A DNA stretch of 64,000 bases. Source: Octopus sinensis. Its lineage: Eukaryota. Shown here in pieces: positions 1-13,538 of the stretch. The DNA lies in the NCBI RefSeq assembly GCF_006345805.1, contig NC_043009.1, positions 45,508,001-45,572,000 on the forward strand. The letters run 5' to 3'. The notes beneath the pieces were generated by a model, which was not told where the DNA came from, searched no databases, and saw only the letters and a program-made list of their open reading frames with translations. A program made the translations under genes and the position numbers. Numbering within the stretch: position 1 is the first letter of the stretch; each line of letters starts with the position of its first letter.

Positions 1-221
1 AACAACCGTATTCTGGACAGTCCAAAACTCGGGTTCGAGATTGCCCATTCTGGGTTGTCAATTTTTATGATGTTCTACCTAGAGGAAAGACGAAAGCTGT
101 AAAGTTCGCTGCCCGCATACATCTGTGCCAGAATATATTTCAATGAAGAATTACATAGCATTGTATCGTTTGCTATTTCCAGCAAACATTGACGCCTTGT
201 ACCTCTATTTCTTATACACAC

Positions 222-240
222 ACACACATATATATGTATA

Positions 241-301
<61 letters not shown>

Positions 302-349
302 TTATATATTTATATAGATAGATAGATAGATAGATAGATGTAGATGTAT

Positions 350-383
<34 letters not shown>

Positions 384-445
384 TTAGATACATGTAGATG
401 TATATGTACGTATATATATGTATATGCATTCATGCATGTGTATGT
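222..445. repeat. Compound microsatellite (CA)n/(TA)n/(TAGA)n
   Basis: Directly visible dinucleotide and tetranucleotide runs; explains ORFs 75..365 and 125..325. Confidence 0.95.
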
Positions 446-1554
446 TTCTGCTGATTGCTTGCTCCCTGTAGCCAGAAGAGTGCAATCTCTTCATTGAACC
501 TTGCAAGACTATATGATCGCAGGTGGCTCCTCAGATAGGCTTCTGTGTCCCGGTATCACCGGTTGAGTTGTGTCCATGTATTTGAATATAGCGGGTGAAA
601 GTATCAGCTGATTTGCATATATCGATTTGCATATATCGATATGCATATATAAACTATACTGCTTCAGTGATCTTTAATGCCCTTTAGTTGTTTTGAATTA
701 AAGAGTCAGCTACTTATTACAGGTTATTTTGTGTAGATTAATTAGTTTGGTACCCCTAAAATATTTATATTTCTCTTTAACTACCTTTAAGACCTCTACG
801 TTTTTGGACTCGCGGGATATAATTTAAGGAAAATATTCAATATCATGTTTCCAACTAATCAAAATATACTCTCAATCTTTTCAAATATAATATCCGAACT
901 GTAGCCGTTCCATAAAATATGAAGGCGCGTTAAAAATGTTTTTGGTGTAGATCCGTTTCCTCTTCTGTAATAAACAAAGATAAATGAAGTGAGCCATTCA
1001 TGAGATCATGTCCGAAAATAAAGGTCTTAAAAGCCAATGTTCGGCCTTATAGTGGAAATTTAGCTTTGTCACATATCCATTTTTCCATAATCACTGATGA
1101 CCAAATCGATAGAGTATCAAACGGCCATCGGAGCCGGAGTCGAGTAGCAATTTGTATAAAATGTATAAAATTGAGGTTGAAATGGAGAAAAGTACAGTAG
1201 CAGCGTCACAATAGCAAGAAGGAAGAAGAGGAGGAGGAGAAGAACAACAACAACAACACAACAATAATAACAACACCAGTAAAACTAACAAAAACAACAA
1301 CAGCATAACTGCAACAAGAACAACATTGAGAACAATAGCATCAGATATAGCAACATCTTAACAGTTGCTGCAATTCATCTTTATAGTAATATATGGGAGA
1401 GCATACGAGGAGTAATAGAGTGTTTGTTACTTTAAAATAGATGAAAGTAATTTTTCAGACACCTTGAGGAGGTTAACATCACACAATAACAATAATGTCT
1501 GTATATTCTGAGAGATAAATTATTTTAGCTATGATTTCAATGGTTCCAGGATTT

Positions 1555-1560
1555 TATTAC

Positions 1561-1618
<58 letters not shown>

Positions 1619-1694
1619 GTTGTTATTATTATTGTTACTGTTATTTTTATTGTTACTGTTATTTTTATTGTTATTGTTATTATTATTGTTGTTA

Positions 1695-1735
<41 letters not shown>

Positions 1736-1736
1736 G

Positions 1737-1774
<38 letters not shown>

Positions 1775-1918
1775 TCTGTTATTGATGACGATGATAATAA
1801 TTTTGGTTTTACACAACAAAATATATATAGAACTTGGCTGGAAAAAGTTGGGAGGAATTATAATAACGGTGCTCATACTACGAATGATAATACAAATATA
1901 ATAATGATAATAATAATA

Positions 1919-1953
<35 letters not shown>

Positions 1954-1960
1954 AATAACG
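1555..1960. repeat. Trinucleotide microsatellites (TAT)n/(TGT)n, then (ATA)n(GAT)n
   Basis: Directly visible; explains the poly-N/Y/I/L ORFs at 1529-1901. Confidence 0.95.
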
Positions 1961-2214
1961 AAATGATTTTTGCTTATGGATATTGAAACGATGAATATGT
2001 CTTAATGGAAGTTGGAAAATATTGCATTGTAATATGCCTTACCATTCGTTACAGACATAAAAATCAATAGGAAATTATATTTAACATGAAATATATAATT
2101 ATTCTAATGAAAAGGAATATTTGTTGCTGTTGATTTTGTGTGGCTTTATAGGCATGGGAAGCAGACAATGCAAGTATGAGAAAACATGTCCATATCTTCG
2201 TGTAGCCATCTAAT

Positions 2215-2309
2215 ATATAAATATATATATTATATACATATACATATATATACATACATATATGTATATACATATATATATATACACACACACATATATA
2301 TATATACAT

Positions 2310-2380
<71 letters not shown>

Positions 2381-2385
2381 GTATG

Positions 2386-2425
<40 letters not shown>

Positions 2426-2510
2426 CACACAAATAGAAGCAGAGGTATATACGTATATGCACACACACACACACACATATATATATATACATATATATCT
2501 CAATATATAC
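2215..2510. repeat. Compound (TA)n/(CA)n microsatellite
   Basis: Directly visible. Confidence 0.95.
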
Positions 2511-4238
2511 GCATATTTTATAAATGCATATATGCATCCCTGTATGCGTGTGTATACAATGAGAATACATACATTGAAATTCGCTTAAAATAACAAACAC
2601 TACGTTAGATATACACCATAAAGAATAGACATTCAGTTCACAACAACAACAGCATCGACATCAACACTAAATCAATCATTTCAATTGCGCAAACGACAAT
2701 GGCTTCAGCTGCCTTTGTGTGGTTCATAACAGAACTGCAAATGGCCGTTTCGGGATAATGGGAGACTACTGAGTACAATTATTGTAACAAGTGATGATTT
2801 ATGCAATACGGGAATTTATGTAGCCATAAATAGATAACGCTACAGATCATCCCTTATACAACGATTTTGGTTAAATTAATTCTAGTTGTTGTTATCACTA
2901 TTTTTTTTTGTGCATCTAGAAATACATTTTCCAGTATGCCCTTTCTTTGGGACGCGAAAATGTGATTTAAGAGTGATTATGCTCTAGTTCTTGCAGATCG
3001 AGTGACTGCGTAGGTTTTGCAGCTATATGTAGTGATGGTGCTTAAAAGGTAGCATGTGTTGTTTGTAAGTTTACACTAGTGAGTTCCAATATTCTCATGA
3101 GCCTTTATTTATGTAGACTTTCATGCCGTTGGTTATGCTACATGGCCATATATTCTCCACTAAAGCTCCTACATCCTAATGAATAATAAAGCTCATCTTT
3201 TTCAATGATATTTGAGAGCGAAAGAATAAACCTTAGACGTAATCATGCCCAATTAAGAGTATAATAAGCAATGGCATGTCAGTAGGATTTATTATTTGAC
3301 ATTTGTAAGTGAATTACATAATCTCGAATTTTATGATGAAAATATTTATAAATCACAATTATGTAATATAGAAAGACATACCCAGCTCAAATTCCCACAC
3401 CTAAACTCACAGAATCTTCAGATAATGAAGGTCTTATATTTTCCATCCTTTTCAGCTATTTTCCTATCGATCAGTGATTCCCAAATTTCCTATCTTTCAT
3501 CAAGTGGCGTTTTATAGACCTCCCCATTCTCATATTTCAAGAAAAAAGCAAGCATTGGATTATTTTTGATCTAACAACTATTTCTTTGCGTTGTTTTAAT
3601 ATCCTTTTTTTAAATATTTTCTCCCATCCAATATGTATCGCTTTTTAGATGTTTGAGTATTCTATGTTAAATATCAATGGAAATTACTAAAAAAATCTAA
3701 GGAGTTTGATAACGAAAATGTATAGAAACATGATTTTATATAATTCAACTATATTTTCTACTCGCAGATAGCAAAATGTCCTCTTTATACTTTATCCGGA
3801 CAAAGGGCTTTTACTGAAATTTTTCAAAAAATATAACTATTGTACTGGTTGAAGGGTTTAACTAATTTAAATGGAAAACACACAATGACTCATTTAAACA
3901 CCTAGTGACCTATATAAATGCTTCATCACCATAGCTAGAATTCTCAGCTAAATGTCTATAAGGATCTTCAATACAACCATCCTAATCACTATCAGCTGTT
4001 TTTTATTTATTCAAAGCAATGACACTCTCTTTGCACAGTTAGGTGGTTTATCAGAAATAATAACTAGATCTATCTCAAATCACATCCAATTATCTTTGAA
4101 AGAAAAAGAACTTTAAGATAAAATAGTTTTAAATATGCCACGTCTAAAAAAATATAAGAGCTGGTTATGGAAGGAATTCCTTTAATCTGAAGAGCAACAA
4201 CAACATTAAAACCCTCTCACCACTACCTTTGCTAAACC

Positions 4239-4469
4239 TGTTTCTTTATTGCCCACAAGGGGCTAAACATAGAGGGGACAAACAAGAACAGACAAACGGA
4301 TTAAGTCGATTACATCGACCCCAGTGTGTAACTGGTACTTAATTTATCGACCCCGAAAGGATAAAAGGCAAAGTCGACCTGGGCGGAATTTGAACTCAGA
4401 ACGTAATGGCAGACGAAATACGGCTACACATTTCGCCTGGCGTGCTAATGATTCTGCCAGCGCGCCGCC
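4239..4469 (-). mobile_element. tRNA-derived SINE, family A, full length
   Basis: Minus strand starts GGCGGCGCGCTGGCAGAATCATTAGC (A-box-like) ... GAGTTCAAATTCC (B-box-like), body GTCGACTTTGCCTTTTATCCTTTCGGGGTCGATAAATTAAGTACCAG, tail AATAAAGAAAC; flanked by TTTGCTAAACC direct repeats (4228-4238 and 4472-4482); five other copies in the window. Confidence 0.85.
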
Positions 4470-6754
4470 ATTTTGCTAAACCTTTGCTAAACCATTTTGC
4501 TAAACCTTTGCTAAACCGTTCTACATCTATAAACACATTTCACAAATCATTCGTTGTCATGAGGCACCCTTTTGTCTATTATAGACGTCGTAGGGGTCGT
4601 CGGCATCGTCATCATGATCATGATCATTATCATCATCTATAGTCGCAAACAATCTTCTAAAACATCAAGTCATACATTGGACGGACTTTGCAACAACAAT
4701 GAACAACAATAACTACAACAACAACAACGGTAATACAGCATAACAATAATAACACGTACTATATAAAGTACAATTATGAGAATAATAATGGCATCGTTGG
4801 CATTAAACTAGAAATACAAGTTCATCAGAAACAAAGGCAGAAGCTGCATCAGTTATGGAGGTGATAACGAAACAAGAAAACATTTGTAATATCAGTATCT
4901 CATATGAAGGTGTGCTGAGAACCGAAATAATGATAAGTATTATTAAATCTATAATGATATCTACACGGTGAAATATTTTTCGCTGTTCAGTACAACCACA
5001 AACAGTTGAGTTCTTTTATTTATTTGTTGACGTGCCAAAACTTTCGCCGCACATCTGTATTTGTACAATGTTGTACTTGTGCGATGACAGGTTTGACACC
5101 TGAAGAAATAAGGAAGTGTATTTAACATTTTTTCTGTGTGAAAATATCTCTTCCCCAAATATAATTGTTTCAGTTTTAATAGACAGTGAAATTCTCTCAG
5201 CAGATATCAAAGTGTTAGAATACTTTCAACAAAAAACTAATAACATTTGTAACGTATGCAGAGGGTGATAAATTTTGTGTGAGAGGCTTTGTTGATGTTA
5301 TCAAGATCAGTACTTAATTTCTCAACACCAAAACGTTAAAGGAACAAAAACAAATAATTATAGCTTGGTAGCTGATATGTACCCTAGCTTTGTGACACGT
5401 CTATGTAAAAACCAATGAAAGTTAATTATAAATAGCTGTGAATTTCATGAATATAGAATATGTGGCCCAGCGAGCCAATCAAAAGTCCTATACCAAATTG
5501 TTCTACCTGGTTGTAATAGCAATTAATACGCACTCAAATCACATCCTAACGTTTCAAAATAAAAAGGACATTGTAGTAACTAGATAGACAACATATTTTG
5601 ATCATAGGTTCTAGTCGATCAGCTACAGATCCAGTATCCTAAGAATGGTTACAACAGCGTTTGCAGCAGAAATAACGGTTGCAGCAGTAGCAGCAGTCGA
5701 AACAGTAAAAGCAACAACGGCACTAACAGTCAATGAAACAATAAGTTTTAGCGCTGCAGAATAATCGAACATCATCGACAAACAAGAACAAGAACCACCG
5801 CCATCAAAACAAGAAATGTAACTAACATGTAACTCTAACAAACGATTTACTGTTCTTGTATTCGAATTATAGCTTGAATTATCAACACTATACCGCCAGA
5901 CCCAACAGCCTGCATCTCTTTCACACTATACACAACAGACAATCACAAACATTCGAATTGTATAAAGAACATTAACAGTTACAACAGCTTCATAATGAGA
6001 CCTGCTTGTTCCTTTGATGTTGGAGATCATTTTGCTTCGATTTTAACTTTTAATTTCGTTTTATTTGATTCATTATACTTTTTATTTATTTATTTATGTT
6101 GCTTTATGCTTTATTTTACTATATTTTATTAAAGCTTTATCGATAATTGAACAACGACACAAGTAATTTTAGATAGTGGTAGCGTTGTTTATCGTATTTT
6201 ACACGATGCACGCAGGCATATATACATATTCATATCCAAACGCACACTCACAAATAAAAACATACTGGCCATATAAAGTCATACATCGTCTTACGTACTC
6301 AGACATACACAACTATTCTCACGTATTCACACACATAATTTCGTATCCATATGTTTCAGTCACCTTGGAGAGTATCACGTTATCTCTCAGAATAAAATAA
6401 GTGGTACGGTGGATCGGAGAGGCTAGAGAGAGAAAGTGAAGGGCTTATAAAAATTCTGTGAAAGGTATTGACAGTAGTGGAGTAAGAAAAATATAGGGGA
6501 AGAATGAGAAGAAACATAGTCAGAAAGGAGAGAGAGAGAAGGAAAGAGAGAGATAGTGAAGAAAGAAATAGACAAGAAATAGCCACAACTACTCAAGAAA
6601 AGAATATGAAAAAAGGATGTCAGAATAGTTAGCTGAAGAAAAAAATATATCGGTATATATGTATATAATATATACACTGACCAAAATAAGGTTAAGACCG
6701 ATGATGACAGTTCTGTTCCTTCATTAATTTATTTTTAACAAAACTGTATAAAAT

Positions 6755-6989
6755 TGTGAGGTATACTAGCAATCTCAATATGGCTAACCACTAAGGGTGG
6801 GTGTTACTGTAGCTTGTAGCCCCAGAAGAACATCGTCTCCAGCTGGATTTAGGCACACTTTCTGTGCCCTTAAGGTATTTGCAAAGTGTGCCTAAAGCCA
6901 GCTGGAGACGATGTTCTCCTGGGGCTACAAGCTACAGTAACACCCACCCTTAGTGGTTAGTCATATTGAGATGGCTAGTATACCTCACA
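6755..6989. mobile_element. Foldback/MITE-like palindrome, 107-bp arms, 21-nt spacer
   Basis: 6755-6861 is the reverse complement of 6883-6989 with 4 mismatches; weaker pairing extends to about 6742/7002. Confidence 0.85.
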
Positions 6990-7164
6990 TTGTCGTGCAG
7001 TTACTGTTTACATGTCGTTCAGAGATTTATTATTGCTGGTATAAAATTATTTTACTTTTAAAAGTTTATGTAGAATTTGTTTTCTCTTTCAAATGATAAA
7101 CGCATTATATATATCTTTCTACAATTTGAATAATTTCAATGCGCAATCAATTCAACTGGTTAAA

Positions 7165-7720
7165 AGTTGTCGGCTATACTTTTAAGACCATGCCAACATT
7201 ATTTTGTTTAAATTGAAAATTGACGGTAGAAAATGCTCATCGAACAAAATGTTTTTATTAGTATCTAATTCCATACCCATTATTTTCAATTACTGCCTTA
7301 CGACGGCGGGACATGGAGTTCGACAAATGAGCACAAAAATCACTTGGAATATTCTGCCGCATTTCTTCAATAAAATTATATAATTGGGACTAATTTGTTG
7401 GGTGTTTTTGCATGAACGTTTTTAGAAACACAATTCCATAAATATTCTATCAGATTCAAATCCGGGCTCTATGGAAGTCACTCAATAACCATCATATTAT
7501 TGCGATCAATGTAGAAAGATATGTAACGCTTTTATCATTCGGAAGAGAAAAATGTACTACATACACCGTAAAATGTAAAATAATTTTATACAGTTTTGTT
7601 TAAAATAAATTAATGAAGGAATAGAACTGTCATCACCGGCCTTAAACTTATTTTGGTGATTCCTTTTCCTACGTTTCTGACGAAGAGTTCCGCTCGGAAC
7701 GTAAAACCCTCCTTCTTCCC
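7165..7720 (-). mobile_element. Tc1-family DNA transposon remnant (transposase C-terminus)
   Basis: Minus-strand translation VIE*LP*SPDLNLIEYLW (about 7490-7435; cf. Tc1 WPxQSPDLNPIExLW) and SNSMSRRRKAVIENNGYGIRY* ending at 7258 (cf. SMPRRxxAVIxxxGxxTKY*); contains stops. Confidence 0.7.
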
Positions 7721-7819
7721 TTCCTTCCTGAGTGTCCAATAATACTATATTTGTTCCACGTCCTCGCGTTGTTGTGTTTTCTCTTTGTGTTTTCATGTTT
7801 GGATTAACTTTATATACAC

Positions 7820-7950
7820 GTATGTATGTATGTATGTATGTATGTATGTATGTATGTATGTGTATGTATGTATGTATGTGTATGTATGTATGTATGTATG
7901 TATGTGTGTGTGTGTGTTGTTTGTGTTGGAGTGTCTGTGTGCTGTGTGTG
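7820..7950. repeat. (TATG)n/(TG)n microsatellite
   Basis: Directly visible. Confidence 0.95.
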
Positions 7951-8031
7951 TATCTGTTAGTTCTGCATTCTTTAACAATTATTTCACGTCAGTTATGTTC
8001 CTCGACATTAAATACAATGATTTTTGTACGG

Positions 8032-8432
8032 GAATTGGCTGTGTGGTAAGTAGCTTGCTAACCAGCCACATGGTTCTGGGTTCAGTCCCACTCCGTGGCA
8101 TCTTGGGCAAGTGTCTTCGGCTATAGCCCCGGGCCGACCAATGCCTTGTGAGTGGACTTGGTAGACGGAAACTGAAAGAAGCCTGTCGTATATATATATA
8201 TGTATGTGTTTGTGTGTGTTTGTGTGTCTGTGTTTGTCCCCCTAGCATTGCTTGACAACCGATGCTGGTATATTTACGTCCCCGTCACTTAGCGGTTCGG
8301 TAAAAGAGACCGATAGAATAAGTACTGGGCTTACAAAGAATAAGTCCCGGGGTCGATTTGCTCGACTGAAGGCGGTGCTTCAGCATGGCCGCAGTCAAAT
8401 GACTGAAACAAGTAAAAGAGTAAAAAGAGTAA
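8032..8432 (+). mobile_element. tRNA-derived SINE, family B (CORE-like body), full length
   Basis: TGGCTGTGTGG A-box-like, GGTTCAGTCCC B-box-like, CTTGGGCAAGTG CORE-like block, internal (TA)/(TG) run, tandem GTAAAAGA tail; close homologue at 41268-41677. Confidence 0.85.
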
Positions 8433-11177
8433 TATAACCTTTATGATTTTGGAATATTTGTGCTGATAATTAAAAATTCTAGTTGCGGTTACATAATTCT
8501 AGTTTATTTGCCGCATATATATGATTTGCATAGAAAAAGAATAATATTGAACCCACACAAAGACGGTACAAATTTTTTTTCCAAATACAGATTGTTTGAA
8601 AAAGCGAGACTTGGCGGGGGTGGGGGGGGCTTGCGTGTTATATTTTTGGGGTAGTAAATATTTAGATGAATAATATAAATATGTCACTATTTCTAAAACA
8701 CAAGTGTTTATTACTGATATGTATAGTGTTCAGAAATGAGAATGAGTTTGCTTCGATTTTATGGTTATTGTTGGATATTTTCCATTTTTCTTTTGAGAAC
8801 AAAATAATCAGTCGTTTGATAAGAATAATGATCTTATGAATAGTATATAATGCACACAATTTCTTTATCTATCAAGTGTAGGAAAACATGAAATTAAATC
8901 GTCAATTTGAATGATGAGGATGAATGTCAAAGTTAATGTTATAAACATAATATGTCATTTATTAAAGCCACACTAGGATAATTTCACTGTTTAAGAAATA
9001 TAGAGTATTTGTTGGAATCAAGGTTTACTCGATGCTCAGCAGTTTTGATTTATCTGCAATGGACTGGAAATATATTGCCAAACAAATTGTCAGAAATCAC
9101 GGAGAAAGCACGCCATTACACCTGGCTCAAGTGAGAGGACGATTGATGTAGCAAAAACAAACATTAATAATGACAGAAGTATCTAGCCTACAGTCACATC
9201 TGATTCAACAGTATGCTCGTGGTGTTTTGCAGAGGTTTTGTCGCCTACATCAGTGGACCCCCTTGGCAGCTCTGGTGTAGCAGTGTAAGAGACCGAAATA
9301 CCTACAGAGCTGTTTCAACGTCTGATAATACACTGACTCCAGTATTCAGGGACGGAGTACAGAAGTATAGACAGCACATGAGTGCTTGCCATAAAATATT
9401 AACAAAAACAAATAAAGCTTCTTAAATTTACATTGTAAGAGAGTGCTAAGTGAGAATTGATGGAACATGCTAACTGAAAAAAGAATCCAGATTTAGTTTC
9501 CATTTACTGAGTACTTTGGTCTTCCCGAAACAAGGACGTCAGGTATCTCGGCGATGACTTCGGTAATTAATACATAATTTTGATTTAATAAATACAGGGG
9601 TGGATATGAAGACGTTTGATTAAACATGTGGTTAAATTCAGATCTTCGAGTTTGTTCTTCACTTTCCTACCTTTATTTTCACAAAAGGATATAGCAGCCA
9701 AACAGAATCAATATATGTTTTCTTTCAATAAAAGCAATCATTGAGAGTAGAATACCAATAATATTACGTTTTATATTTTATTCCTCCATATATATAAATT
9801 ATATTCTGATTGTTTTCCAAAAACGGATTTGTTTAATATCTTATGTAAGAAATATTATTCATTTTCCCATTAAATTCTATTTGATATGCTTATGGGAGTT
9901 AGAAATAATATATATTTAATATGTCTGTGTATACATACTTTACATCATCAAATTTGAATAATAATTTCACTGGCAAGTTAGAAAGTTTCGCACACAGCTT
10001 CAATTTACAAACATTTTGTTCACTATTACTGTTTTTATACATCAACATTTCGTCACATGTATTAAATGTATTTACAGTTCTTATATTATGTGAATATACA
10101 TGTCTACATTTACATTATTTCAACAAGCTAAGTACTAAAAAGATATGTGAATGTTTGAACAATGCATTCCCTTGCCTGTAATGCATACTGTAACTGGCTG
10201 TCGGCATTTATAGATGACAATTTATAACTACGTAAACACGGTAAATGTTGCCACTATTTCAACATTTAAGCATATCCATGACATAACTCTATTCCTTGCT
10301 GTATTGCTTATCTGTGTGTCTACTACACAAACATGGCTATGCATCTTTGTTGTTTCTGTATACCTTTTTTATCATTATACTATGTTGGATTCATCTTAAA
10401 ATCTTATTTATCATTACAAAATCGATAGCAATCTTAATTTAAGACATCCTTTTTTTAAAACACATTGTGCATAACCAATCATTGTTTCACAGAATTGGGA
10501 AGACCTGAGATAAGCGCTGTAAACTAAACAAGAACATTCATTAGGTACACTATGCTCTCACTATTTAGAGCGATGGGTTACCTCAGCCAATATTTAGAGC
10601 TAGGTGTTGGTTGAGGACTAACTGGCATAAGCATGGTCATAAAAGAAGTCGGTTGATGACATAGAGATGAAAATTTTTTAAAGCATTTAGGTGATTTTTT
10701 TCATATCTTTGTAATCCTATTTCACAGTGTGTCTATCTACACAGCAGATATACACAATGGTACTTATAACGTTTATATTCTTATAAATCTCTTAAGTTGG
10801 TAACCGTCATTCAATATCATTATTGTAATTAAGTAACTGAAACTATTTTCTTTAACACTGTGGCAGTTACTATTTAACAATACAATTAGGATTTTCACAT
10901 TGGAAACATGAGAGTTCCAACTTGACTAAAAAAGCTAGAGACGAACCATGTTTGGTCCTCAACAGAACATTTTACTTCCTTTGTTGCAAACTATAGTGTA
11001 CAAGCAGTATTGGAGTTAGAGTGGTGATTGAGTGTGAGTTAGTCTCAGCTCAACGGGAATATCAATTGTTACAGCATTGTTGACTCTAACTTATTCATTC
11101 AATATTCATCAATGCTCACACCTGTGGTACAGAAACTGTAGGACTCCAGAATGAATGTTATGTAGTGTTCCTTGTTC

Positions 11178-11270
11178 CAAGTTCAAATTTAGTTTGAATC
11201 AAATTAAACTTTCATCTCTACGAAATTGATAAATAAATACCAGTACTTTGATAGACCAATTCGATTATAA
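11178..11270 (+). mobile_element. Old SINE family A fragment
   Basis: AAGTTCAAATTT...ACTTTCATCTCTACGAAATTGATAAATAAATACCAG resembles the family A B-box plus body. Confidence 0.4.
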
Positions 11271-12384
11271 ACTTATTAGAAATTCTTTGAATTTTCATAA
11301 ATTAAGAAATCAATATTTACTAATGTTTTATATTTTACTTAAGTGATTTGGTCAACTAGTTTCTTATTTAGAGATGGGGAAAAATGTGGTTATGATGTTG
11401 ATGCCATAGTCATCGTTGTAATGTCCTTGTCTCCGTTTAGCTCTAAAATGGCCTTTTTAAAGCAGACGTTATGAAACGCATTTTCTCTATGAACACCATC
11501 CTATTTTTTTTTATATAAACATATACTACACTTACAGAACAACTTTATTTAATCTGTCCTCCCATTCTTTTTCTAAAATATAGTAGAATATTTCTAACAT
11601 ATTGACGGAGCACGTAGAGGTGACCCCAATCTATAGAGACAATACTGCGACGCATTTTAAACACCCTTTGAAAGCTATTCCGCTTGCTTATGCAATCGAA
11701 CTTTGTGAGAAAAAGGTAACTGCCTTAGAATTGCTTTTCTTCCCGAAAATAAACGGTTCATGGTGTAAGCCAAAAATGAACCAAATATTTTAAAGGAGAA
11801 AGCATATAGAGGTTTGGCGCTCATGCAAACTCAGGTTGCAATGGAGTTTCAATTTCTGTTTGAAGTCTTTGTATCTCATTTACACCATAAATTTAAGAAA
11901 ATACATGAACATCGCACTTCTCATTTCCCTTTAAACTTCAATTGAGTTTATGTATAATTAAAATATAGCCATACTTACAAGAATTATAAACCCATGATAA
12001 TATAGCAATATTGTCTCCGTGAGTTTTCTGTTGAAGCTTATCCACTACTATGAAAAGTAGATGAATGCGTAGGAATGTCTCAAATTCTCGATTAGAAGTC
12101 TAAATCTTTCTACCATAAAACAAATCAAAGTTTATTAGTGAAAGAAAATCAATAAAATGCAACACTTTCAAATATGTTGCATACAGATATATATATAAAC
12201 ATTTAAAATTACATGCTTCGAAAAAGGAAATTCGATTTGGAAACTTACAGATGAGCCAGTCATCTTCTCCTTAGCCCTTTCCCACCCTTTGTTAGCGGAT
12301 TCACGCAGTGTTAAGAAATTTTCCTAATCAATTTGATCAACGCCTCTGGTAGCGAATGTCTTCGCTTACCCAGCGCTAATCCTC

Positions 12385-12535
12385 ACCACTACCACCACCA
12401 CCACCACCACATTCCACCACCACCACCACCATCATCATCATCCTCCTCATCCTCCTCAACATCATCATCTTCATCATTGTCGTCGACGTAATCACCACCA
12501 TGATGATGATCATCGCCATCGTAATCGTCGTCATT
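12385..12535. repeat. (CAC)n/(CAT)n degenerate trinucleotide repeat
   Basis: Directly visible. Confidence 0.9.
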
Positions 12536-13104
12536 GTTTAATCAATCCCGTTGTTATTATCTGTCATTTTTGTCGTATTTAACAATATTATTTATATTTC
12601 TTTGCCTAATGTCAAATCGATGATAATTTATTTCATCTTCCACCTGAATGATATCAGACTTAATAAACCTATTCTTATAAATGTCATTATTGTTATAATT
12701 GTATTTATTTTTTTTTATCAAGATTACAAAACTAACAAATTTAGCTTTCTGTCGAGATTTAGTTATAGTTAGCGTAATTTACATAATCTTTAGAAATTGT
12801 CAAATAATCGCAGTTTTACAACATAAAACAATGAGTATGCATTTAAGTACATCCAGTACACATGTTCAGTGTTTACATCAAAACATTTGGTGCTGGAAGG
12901 TGTTAATACATTTTTGAAAATCGATATTTGAAAATTATACTTCACCAACTATAAACCCTTCCGGCGTTTAGTGGCAGTTTAGATAAGACAGTAGTCAATC
13001 TATACATCCCCTATACAGGATGAATTTGTAATTAAACCTGCCCTACTGATACCACTCACAGTCTTATACTTCACCGAGATGTGGTAAACTATACATGCAA
13101 TTTC

Positions 13105-13210
13105 AGTGTGTGTGTATGTATGTATGTATGTATGTATGTACGTACGTACGTACGTATGTATGTATGTATGTATGTATGTATGTATGTATGTATGTATGTA
13201 TGTATGTATG

Positions 13211-13245
<35 letters not shown>
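13105..13245. repeat. (TATG)n+(TA)n microsatellite
   Basis: Directly visible. Confidence 0.95.
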
Positions 13246-13250
<5 letters not shown>

Positions 13251-13300
13251 TGTCTAAGTCTCTCTAAAGGAGACTACGGCAGTAGTACTGGATATTAATA

Positions 13301-13441
13301 GTTATCACCAAGCTAATATGGCAGTCCAGAAATATTATAATTCGTGTGTCACATAACTAGCTAGTGGCGATGGCCTCTTGGAGCTAATCAACGGCAGCAT
13401 TCGTCCTATATCTCTGAACTGCCATATCAGCTTGGCGATAA

Positions 13442-13442
<1 letters not shown>
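13301..13442. mobile_element. MITE, about 35-bp terminal inverted repeats, TA-flanked
   Basis: GTTATCACCAAGCTAATATGGCAGTCCAGAAATAT vs reverse complement of ATATCTCTGAACTGCCATATCAGCTTGGCGATAAC (4 mismatches); TA on both sides (13299-13300, 13443-13444). Confidence 0.75.
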
Positions 13443-13482
<40 letters not shown>

Positions 13483-13505
13483 CAAACATACATACATACA
13501 TACAT

Positions 13506-13538
<33 letters not shown>

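Noticed and set aside
1-200. Possible transposon or PLE coding fragment at the window start
   Set aside because: No recognisable motif in any frame; too short
75-2600. Many ORFs rich in IY, CV, HT, poly-N, poly-L or poly-Y here and throughout (e.g. 48907-49445, 53260-54414, 58590-59199, 60830-61658)
   Set aside because: They are translations of TA, CA, TATG, TATC and TAT microsatellites, which lack stops in some frames
4961-5210. Acceptor-like CTTATTTCTTCAG on the minus strand followed by short ORFs with CxxC or CGESF
   Set aside because: No consistent domain spacing and no matching donor; cannot support an exon
9120-9400. GC-richer stretch with open frames on both strands
   Set aside because: No homology recognised; frames are short and broken
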